Source: Catajapyx aquilonaris | Lineage: Eukaryota | Assembly: GCA_000934665.2 (NCBI GenBank) | Contig: JYFJ02004409.1 | Span: forward strand, 1-32,497 | Reading direction: 5' to 3' | Length of the DNA stretch: 32,497 bases | Part shown: positions 9,979 to 20,712 of the stretch, one piece after another | How the letters are laid out: each line of letters starts with the position of its first letter | Position numbering within the stretch: the first letter of the stretch is position 1 | The notes under the pieces: model-generated | Seen by the model: the letters and a program-made list of their open reading frames with translations, nothing else | The model's database searches: none | What the model was told of the DNA's origin: nothing | Position numbers and translations under genes: made by a program

Positions 9979-12900
9979 CTGAAACGTAATGTGCGCATTG
10001 ATTTAAAATGTTAAACAGGGTGGCCGAAAAGTCCCGCATCAATGGGACTTGTAAGAAGCAGTGTCCAGAAGGTAGACTGTGTAAGAGTAATTGAGAAATT
10101 TCACACTTGTTTCAAAGTTGACCAGTTTTATTTGGTCTCAACACATATTTTCCTCAACTAGGAGGGTAAGAAGTACTTCTTACAGGCGTATATGAAGAAC
10201 CCGGGAGAAAACGATCAAGGTCCATCTCAGGTAAAACTGAGATATTCCCATTTTAAATTTCGAAGGTACATAATTATTAAGGTTCTATTGTAAATCCCAC
10301 TTTCGGGGCCTTCCATAGTGACCTATGATCATTACTCCAAAACCACGACCAAACCATCATATTCTGCGCTGGTGAAACTATATTCTGAGATATGTAACTC
10401 ATTTTTGAGAAAAAGTGGACCTTGATCGTGTTTCTCCCGAGGTCTTGATATAGAGTACGAAATATTTCCATGGGTAAAAGCTAAAATAATTATATTTTCA
10501 GTGTGGTTCACACGAATGCCAGAACATAAAAGTAGGAGTGTTTTTATGTTCCTCATAATGTCCGGCGAAATGGTGCGGTACTCTGCAGCAATAGCTCAAG
10601 CTGAGGGTGATATTCTTTAAATTCACAGCGTACACTTTGGATTTCAGAACATGAAAACACGCCTATAATATATTATGGTTTGACATTAGGGAGAACTACA
10701 TGTAAAAGAACTTGTATAGTTTTCACCCACATAGTTATTTATTGTTGTTTTTACCTATTGATGCGGGACTTTTCGGCCACCCTGTATTTTGCAATGTGAC
10801 TCGCTGAATGCATTATTGAGGGGAAGGAGAATTTTTATTCTTACCATTGTTGGGAATGAACTTGGCCGCCCAGACAACCTTGGCAAGAGTTAAGGTTTCG
10901 CACAATTCTCTGTCGGATTCTGTCAATCCATTGAAGAAATCGACTGCTGCCTGTGCTGCTTCCTGAATCATGGGATCTGTTGTTGGTACCTCATTCCAAG
11001 ATAAACAAGAACACCAGTGAGGTTCTATCCTGGCATCCCCGCATGTCCTCGCCTTGGGTATCTGAGAAGGGTGAGTGATTATGGGAATTCCATGGTTACC
11101 TTCATTTTGACATTTTTAGTGACGCCAATACACTGCTTCCTGAATACAGGGCGTACAGTGAACTATACAGTAGCTTCTGAGCTACCTTCTGAAACAAGTT
11201 GATTGACCTATTCTTCAGATCTGCAGGCATATCATAGGTGAAATGCAGAATGTTTCTTAGTGTTGCATGCACGTCAAACGGAGTTGTCAGCACATTCGAA
11301 TTTTCTCTGGAAGTAAAGGTTTTCAGGTCAGTTGAGGGCTTTAGGCGATCAGCGGTTATGATATACATAATTTGCTTTCCTTCGGTGGAAGAGAACATAG
11401 CAATTATTAAAGTTAAAGGAGCAATTTGAACTAACATGAAGTTGTTGTAGGCTTTAGGGTATGCTGTGCTGAACCACGGAGGAAAAATATAGCTGAACAT
11501 TGGATTCCTCTCTTCTTGTTTCCCTTGTAGGGTCTCTCTTATACTGGTGAACCTAAAATATGCATAGTCCGTATTACAAGAATCCTTGGTGGTGCGGTGC
11601 GATTGGCACCACTTGCCGGCGGCGGGGAGGAGGGAGGCGGGGGAGAGGGAGAGATAGTTGAGTGTGAGCAGCTGAGTAGGGCGGACGCTTGGTGTGTCGT
11701 CTGCCCTGAGGTGAGCTGTAACGAATGCTCTAATCCTACCTGGATCATTAAAGCAAAGCGTAACGAAGCAGTCTGTGTTCTGATTATGTAATCGGCATGG
11801 AAGGTAACCTTCAAGGTCACATCCGTTTAAATTGGCTGCTGGAGTAAGCTATCTATAAAATCTACAGTTCTACACTATGAATGTGTCGGAGACGATTTAC
11901 CTTTTCTACAAGTCCCTAAAATAATTTTCATAAAGATAGACGTAAAAAAAACGAAATTCGAGTTCTTCCGGCCAACTGTTAGTCTCATTTAATTATGAAA
12001 TAGCATTAAAATATACTGAATATCTACCTTGAGAACCGTGCCAGACAAATTTGCTGAAATTGTGGTACTTTGCGAGAATTAAATAATGAATACTTTATAA
12101 TTGATATTAAGGAGGTTGGCCCAGCATTGCCTTTCAACCTCCAAGGATAGAGAAGGAAGGAAGCGGCTGTGGCCTATTATACGGAAGCGACCCCGGAATT
12201 ATCCTTGAAAGACCGTGGAAAACCACAGAAAATCACGTTCAGGGTTGCCGGCCCCGGGATTCGAACCTAGGGCCTCCCGATTAGCAGTCGGACACCCTAT
12301 CCACTATGCCAACCTGCTTCGGTAAATAATGAATAATGAATACTGTGAGAACGGCATTTATCCTCTTTTGGAAATTGTCCCTGTCCTTGTGCGTCATCTG
12401 GTGGCTGAAATACTGTATATAAGGAGCGATGCTGCTGAGCTCCGCCCTCTTACTCTTATGCTCCTCTCCTGCTTGGCAGTAACCTCAGAGCAATAGACGT
12501 GCTGTTGTTATCACCAGTCCGAGTATCATTTACTGAACCCAGTATTTGGACCCATGAGCTAGCCAGGTGTACGGTACCGAAGTACGGTACGGGTAGGACC
12601 TGACAATACTTATCTGCGGCTTGCCTCTGTCACATCTGAAAACACCCAAACTCATTTCATTCTCGCGAAATACGACGATTTCAGAAAATTCGTCTGACAC
12701 GATTCTCAAGTTAGATATTCCGCATGCTGTAACATATTTCATAATTAATAGTTCGAATGCATCCCGGAGGCCGGCGGTGCTGACCTTGGTTTTCTGTGGT
12801 TTCCCAAGGTCGCCCAGGAAAAATTTCCGGGATCGTACCGTAAAATAGGCCACAGCCGCTTCCTTCCTTTCCCTGTACTGGAGGAGGTGCGGTGTCAGTC

Positions 12901-13096
12901 GGGTATTTCTGACCCGCATCTAGGGGGTCATCTATGGCGAACGGGCCCCCTGAGGGACTGCACACGACCCCCACCTTGATGACATTGCACATGCACCAGT
13001 GTCCCCCCCCCCTCTCTATCCCTACCCTGTCCCCTGCACGATAGTGGTAATCCACTCCCCTAAGAGAGCCCATGGCTCTAGCACGGGGTATATCTA

Positions 13097-13166
<70 letters not shown>

Positions 13167-16100
13167 GTCCGGATGCTAAAGGTTTTAACTTTGCATTTTG
13201 TGATAAAAGCATGAAACTCGGTACACTCATTCCTTGGACACTTCTGAGAATATCTGGTCGCAGGCTCACAATAGGTGACCCTGCCGGGGGTCACTTCACA
13301 GGGTTGCCATATCTATCAGGTGAGGGGGAGGTGTGGTGGCCGTGATGGTAACGTCACGGCTTGCTGAGTGAAAGGCCCCAGGTTCGATCCCCGCCTGGGG
13401 AACTTTCCTTTCACCTGCGTCGGGAGGGTCTCTGATCTGCACCAAGGAGGTGTCTGGCAACCTAACCTCCTGGGGGACTGCACATGGCCCAAAAGCCATA
13501 GGACAATGCACCTGCACAAGTGTCCCCTCCCCAACAATCCCTTTCCCTACCCTATATCCTAGCATTCCTTGCACGGAGATTGAAGTTAATAGAAAAACTG
13601 TATGGTGGTCTGCCACCCCCCGAAAGGCCCATAGAGGGCCATCAAGGGGTACGAAAAATAAAAATAAAAATATATCTATCAGGTGCAACATACCTTTAGG
13701 ACTTTGTATTCAGTGATAAAAACATGAAACTCACAGTCAGTAGTCTCAGTACACTAGTTCTTTTGACACTTCTGAGTGAGCCTATTTGGACTTGGGGCTA
13801 CGCTGGGTGACACCACTGGAGCACTGGAGGTCACTTTCGCGGAGTTGCCAAATCCAACAGGCTGTGCAACATGCATTTATATTTGAATACTGAGCTTGAA
13901 TTCGGGGACAAAGACTTGAAACTCGCCACGATTAGTTTTCGGACACTTTTGAACATATCTGGACGGGCGGGGGCCACGATCACCGACCTTGCTGAAAATC
14001 ACTTTCGCAGGGTTATCATATAACAAACTGTGAAACATATCCCCCTATAATAATAGCCTTATTTTTTCGCCTCCGGAACTCTTCAGATGATGTGGCGGCC
14101 TGAACAATATTAGTGCCGTGACCAAAAGGTGGCAGCACTCCCTTGGCGGCCTTTGGCGCCTATTTCCTTTCCCGCCAATACAGGCCCCTGGCGAGTGCTG
14201 CCAACTTCTCATCACGGGACTAAATCATCAGGCCGGGGGGAGTAGTGGCTGGGGTCGCCTGCCTTACCGCCAATTTCCTTTCCCGCCTAAACTCCTGACT
14301 GCCAATTTCCTTCCGAAAGTCCTTCCCGCCAATTCCATATACCGCCAAAAGTCCTAACCGCCGCCTATTTCCTTTCCCTCCAATACAAGTCTGCCAACTG
14401 ATTCAATCTCAGCCTCAGAATATTCAGAAAGCTGTCATATAAGCTGCTACTTTCAGCCCCACTTTCTAACTATTCCGTCATCTTGGATCCGGATCTAGAT
14501 ACTTATTATGATTTTCAGAGGATAGCTTAGCGCTTGCGACTTATTTGGCGGCGTCGCATGAACCCCCCGGAGCAAGCAAACAAGATATCAGCGGTGGGAT
14601 CAGCAGGGGATTGGACGTTGGCAAAGCCACAATAACGTTCGTTGGCCTCCGCCGCCACAAGACGTACAGTACTGTAAATGTTGCGGATACAAAACCCACA
14701 ATAATCTCTCAGCTCCGCTTCCGCTCCGCATATTACCTAAAAATATCCTGCAGGGCGACGAACCCTGCCTGGCGGGGTCCAACAGATGACAGTGGAGATA
14801 ATGGATAACCCGTGATAAGCCTCCTTGAGCTTTTTAGGGGATCATTTTTTAATTGATCGACTTTAATCATTGCCTGCGCTGTGATGGATTTTTATTGTGG
14901 GAGGAAACGGGAGAACCCCCGAGAAAACCCACGCGAACACGGAGAGAACACATCGAAACTATATTCACATAAGCATATATACTCTGTCCGATCCGGGGAT
15001 CGAACTCGGGACCTTAGGGTGGAAGGCTGCGGCGCTAACCACTCCGCCACCGTGTCGCCCAATAACAGATGATAGTATTGTTGCGGTACCATAAAGCCAT
15101 ACAGCATCACCTACACAAAGGGTAACTGCATCCCTCATGTTGCCGCGTCACTCAAATATGCCCATATCAGCTATTATCAGCTATTATTATTAGCCTTAAT
15201 CATAGCCTGCTGGATCCGGATCCAAAAGTCTTATAATTATAATTATGTTCATTGTATTGTAGGGACGATAGTCCCTATAAGTAAGATCCTCGTGCATAAA
15301 CAACAATGAAAATTTTCCTTGTTCTTGCTGTTCTTGTTGGGAGGACGATTTTCTGTCAAGCATATCTCAAAAACCGTTGCAAGTACAGCCTTCATATTTT
15401 GAACACGTATCCGGCCCGACGGGCTGCAGTGCCCGATCCCCTACACAAAAAACCCAAGGACGTAATAGAACCCCGAAATAAAATTATAAGTGAATAATTC
15501 ATTATGAGCAGCAATGCGTGCAACTGGAATCCATGTGTGACAACAGTCACACATTATTTAGAATATTATTTTGTGTAAATATCATCTCTACACTTTATGC
15601 GGAATTGCGTACGCTAACTGCTTGAATAAATATATGCCTTACCTTATTTTCATTACATTATTATTAAATAAACATTTCATTCATTCAACTTGTTATTATA
15701 TTTCATTCAGTTTCCACGGTATCCTCCTTAGGTCAACAGTTGAGTGACTCGATTATGACTGTAGTTGTTGCCAACCATCAAATATTATTGAATTTGTCTT
15801 AGATACGATAACTCTAGGCGTATTCGGCAATTCAGGAATCTGACTTCCTGGGCTGTTTGGATATTCGGCAAATCAGGTGCCACGCCCCCTGAAGTAAGTG
15901 CGCATGCGCCCTACCTGACTTCCCAAGCTCAGGAACTTAGTGTACTCCTGACCTGACTTACTTGCTGAGAAACAGGCGGACAACAAATTATTGTTATGGA
16001 TGCAGCAGTGTTGCCAATGCAAAATGCCCCAAAACCCCGCGAGAGGACCTGAAAATACCCGATTTTACCCGCATTTTAATTTTACCCGCACCATTACCCG

Positions 16101-19100
16101 CAAGCGTCCGAAATGCGGCACCGAAATACCCGAACATTGGCATATCACTGGGATGCAGCACAGGCGGGTAGGGGGGGGTCTCTCAGTTCGGCCGTTCGGC
16201 AATAATATTCTGAGGGGCAGGGCTAACAGTTCAGATATCACGTGAATAATCTGAATTGCCGAATACGCCTTCTATCATGTTCGTATGAATTCCATTCGAT
16301 CTTCGTGTCATCAGTCCTCCTGCACCCTTCAACTACTTAAACTAACTAAACTGAAACTATCTTGATTTTGGTAAGTTAATGCATTTATAATTAACGCAGG
16401 CTTCGTAAACCCCTGCCAGCGGTTCGTCCTTGCCGGTATACGTAGCCCAACCAGTTAGACTTTGGTGTTGCCCCCTTTCTCCTCCCGCTGATTCGAACGG
16501 CAACCACTTACCACATAGGCATACGACGCCCGTATGATATATGACTTTAGTGTTATTCTCACTCCCAATAACCGACTTTCTTCCCTTTCTCTTACCATCA
16601 TGTACCAGGATGATGAGAGAGGCCATGATCTTATTTCTTGTCCTTGCAATACTAGAGTAGTATTTTGAGGAGACTTGTGTCCACATGGGAAAGTGATTGA
16701 GTGGGCATGGGTATAGGACCCGAACAACGCGACCACCTCCACGTGGTGGGTCCTGGGTACAGCCTGGTAGCGAATAATCACTTCTAACCACCTTATACTG
16801 TACATTTGAGAACTTAGACAGATGTCATGAAGAAGGGACTTGTGATAATGAAATTTGGTCGGAAAGAAATTAACCAAGCAACCAACTATAAGCAGCCATC
16901 TTTCACAAGATAAAACTAATCAGAAATCATCTCTCTCCTCTCAACTGTGTACGAACCTTAACCCCTTCCAAAAAAATCTTTCCAAAGCCCAAGAGGTAAG
17001 GATCCACTCCTCTCTCTGTACCAGGCCAATTCCCACCACGCTTTTTCTAGGTTCAGAACTTATATGACAAAAGTCGTTGAGACTCTCAACACTTCCTGAC
17101 AATCCTGCCTGCCACCTCAACATCTCCATAAACTCTATCTCCACTCTCCTCTCAACTGTGTACGAACCTTAATAAAACCGACCAAGAAAATCTTCTCCCC
17201 GCCCAAGATGTAAGTATCCGCTCCTCTCTCTATACCAGAGCGGTTTCCCAAACTGTGCTCCGCGGAGCACTTGGTGCTCCACGAAGCTTCTCCAAGTGCT
17301 CCACGAAGGTGGGGAGAAAAGGAATTCTTCAATAAGCTATATACCCATTTAAATCTCTCAGTAGCTGCCGTGACCTTGAACCCAAATTTTTTTCGCCTGC
17401 GGCGCCCTTTTGTCCATCGCCTTCCCATTTACTAATTTGGCGCCCCCCCCCCCCTCAGAATTTTTTATGCTGACGCCGTCGATGACGTTAGTGCTCCGTC
17501 ACAAATATCTCTGCTGAAAAGTGCTCTGCGACTCAAAAAGTTTGGGAACCTCTGCTCTATACCATCCTATGAGTATAACTGCATGTTCAGGGGGAGGTGT
17601 GGTGGTCGTGATGGTAACGTCACGGCTTGGTGAGTGAAAGGCCCCAGGTTCGATCCCCGCCTGGGGAACTTTCCTTTCACCTGCGTCGGGAGGGTCTCTG
17701 ACCTGCACCAAGGAGGTGTCTGGCAACCTAACCTCCTGGGGGACAGCACATGACCCATGTTGTAGACAATGCACTTGCACCCCATGTTTCCTCCCCAAAA
17801 ATCCCTACCCCTACCCTACATCCTTGACTCCTTGCACCGGTGACTGAAGAAAAAAATGACAGAGAAAACTGATGGTGGTGTGCCACCCCCCAAATAGGCC
17901 ATTGATGCCTGGCACGGGGTAAATTTAAAAAAAAAAAACTGCATGTTGAGATTGCTTTGTCAAAAAAGGAAAGTAAGATCCAAGTAACGGATAGAAATTA
18001 CTGAAACAAGACTGGGCTGCGTAAGATCTTCAACCTTATGGATAAATGTAACCCAGAGATCTTACTTCCGCATTTTACACAACAATAATTAGATTTGTAT
18101 CATGGTGATGATCAAAGCGTCTTTGTTCATCAAGGTATAGTTGTGCAATTTGGGATTATTTAATGCTTATAATAATAATATAATATAATAATAAAAAATA
18201 ATAATATGGTAATAAGAATGAACGATAAAAATAAAAAAATTATTAATTGGTTCATCAATTAGCTGAGTGGCTGGAAGGTTAAATGGTTCACATTATAATA
18301 ATTCACATATAATAATATAATATAATCTATACTATAATATAATATGTAATATAATATATAATATGTAATATGTAAACTAGTCGTCGCTGGCTACCCCAAG
18401 TCTGGGATTAAGCCGTGATGTAATGTACGTATGTATGTATATGTAATATAATATATAATATGTAATATAATATGTAATATGTAATATAATATGTAATATA
18501 ATATGTAATATGTAATATAATATAATATATAATATAATATATAATACAATATAATATATTTAATAAGGATAAAGGATAAATATAATCCTTGAATTAATTA
18601 ATTTGTTCATCGATTTACTGAATAGCTTGAACGTTTAATGGTCCACAGATTGGCTTATTAGCATTAGGATGGCTGATGGACAAAGACGCCATGATACAAA
18701 TCTAATTATTGTGTAAAATGCGGATGTAAGATCTCTGGGTTACATTTATCCATATAAGGTTGAAGATCTTACGCAGCCCAGTCTTGTTTCAGTCATTTCT
18801 ATCCGTTACTTGGATCTTACTTTCCTTTTTTTGCAATTCCGTAGGGAATTAGTTTTTGTGATAATTGACATAATGTCATCCCAGCCTATGCCATGACGAT
18901 CAACAATAACTCGCCCGGCCAGATCAGCACGTTTGCATTTCCCTGGATGAACCTGTCTTCTCCCAATCATGGCCAGCTGTATGTGGCACTGTCCCGGTCT
19001 CGCAACCCAATCCAGGTCAAAGTGTTCACTACTCCTACTGCTCCACACGGAACATTGCTCTCCAACAGCAGAGTGTTTACACAAAATGTTGTGTATCGCG

Positions 19101-20653
19101 AGGTATTGTGAAAAGTTTCCTCATGTCCGATTCAGGACGTGTAGCTATAGTATGTCCATTGATTCAATACCACTCAATTTTTCAACCCAGTATTACGACC
19201 AGCTATGGGTAGGAAGATTTTGCGCAGGGGGAGCCGCCTAGCGGCGGTCGTTGAAAGTTTTTCTATGAAAGTAACTTTGCCTTGCAATGGAGGTAGGCGT
19301 GCAGCAAGTCTCACAGTCCTTGCGGAAAATTTCTAACAGGAATTGTTGCGTGGTTGGGTGCCACAACACATACGGCCGATGTCCTCCTGGAACAAGGTTC
19401 TACTCATTCCCGGGAAACCCCTGGCAGAAGGAGCAGCGGGAGAGGTGGATAAGGGCTGTAAAGCGAGAGAGGCGAGTTCTTTCTGTTTTTGATGCATGTT
19501 TTTTCCTATGCAGGCGAGGTAGTAAGTTGTTGTTCATTTCTCTGTTAAACAGTTCTGACCGTAGCAACTGGACACCAGCGAAGTTTTCTGTGATATGCAG
19601 CACCTACTTCGTTGGTGGTCAAAAGTCAACCTGTCCTAACCATATAGCCTTCGTACCTACAATTTTTCCTGGGACGTATCAGTGCCGACCTCCAACCAGC
19701 GCAGCACAAAGAAGGGCATTGCGCCGAAGTAGCACACATCATGCGGATGTGCCGGCCATGCAAGTAGATGATGATCCAGTTAGGGAGACGGAGTGGCGCC
19801 GCGGTAACGCGCGCGCCCACGGAAGTTAAGGTCCCGGGGTTCCCACCTTCTTTCGTGCAGAGTTGGGCCATCTCTGGCTTCGTTTCGGGTGGGAATTTCC
19901 GCTAGACTAACCCACCCGGGGGAGTTCATAAAATGACCAATATGCGACAATTGCACTTGCACTTTGCACATACCCTCCTAATTACCCTTGGAGCAATTAA
20001 ATAATATCATATTATACGGTTCCAAAAATAGTGATATTACACTCCCCTAAAGAGGGCCCAAGGCCTGATAATGGGGTAGTACAGTAAAAAAATGCAATGA
20101 TCTCAGTAATGAGGCTGCCCAGACATGATGACTCCTCTACATGACATGATCCTCTGGTGACATTTAAGCCACGGATACAGGTCTGACTGGTCGATTCAGT
20201 GACACCCTGTACTTGTATAAGCGGTAGTCAGCGATGAAGGAGACGCAAGATATCCCCACACCATATGCACTGAAACAAAAGTAATGACGGAAAAAATATG
20301 GGGGGGGGGGGGGGATCATNCATAACTTCAATCCTGTAGAGGGTAGCACTGTGAGGTTTTGAACATAAATGCCTTCCTACTGGGACTTTCGGCCCTTTGA
20401 AGAAGAAACCGGATTCCGAATAGTTATTAAGCAAAAATATAAAAACGTGTTTTTAGTGGTTTCCAATTTTTTTGAAGAGGAGTTTAGTTTAGCTGTAAAT
20501 GGTAGGAATGCACTTCACGACGGTGCGGATCTGTGTTCAAAATTTGGAAGCTCTACATGCAGCAGAACTTGAGTTAGGGCGAATAAAAAGACTCAAGAAG
20601 AAGAAGAAGAAGAAGAAGAAGAAGAAGAAGAAGAAGAAGAAGAAGAAGAAGAA

Positions 20654-20712
<59 letters not shown>

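Larger units (their letters stand above)
14040..19111 (+). mobile_element. Non-autonomous Helitron, copy 1 (about 3.6 kb of inserts between 15236 and 18862)
   Basis: 5' A|TC start (TCCCCCTATAATAATAG). Colinear with the inverted copy at 26498-22999, where the 15235 and 18863 segments are nearly adjacent. Carries a helicase C-terminal remnant. 3' end not identified. Confidence 0.7.

Noticed and set aside
12930..12950. TGGCGAACGGG resembling the HDV J4/2-P2 end
   Set aside because: No upstream P3/L3/P1 elements.
13078..13294. Poly-Leu/poly-Ile ORFs (also poly-Lys/Met at 20499-20776)
   Set aside because: Translation artefacts of microsatellites.
15335..15738. Possible second solo LTR (TGTTG...CAACA with AATAAA)
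   Set aside because: Flanks GTTCT and GTTGA do not form a clean TSD.
16357..16877. 140-144 aa minus-strand ORFs
   Set aside because: No recognisable domain; they lie in intronic TE-like sequence.
20301..20320. Poly-G runs as G-quadruplex elements (also 26624-26634)
   Set aside because: Both adjoin N positions, so local sequence and distances may be assembly artefacts.
20395..20425. Hammerhead-like TTGAAGA...CGAATA (Penelope-type)
   Set aside because: Core nucleotides deviate from CUGANGA/GAAA and the flanking stems are not evident.
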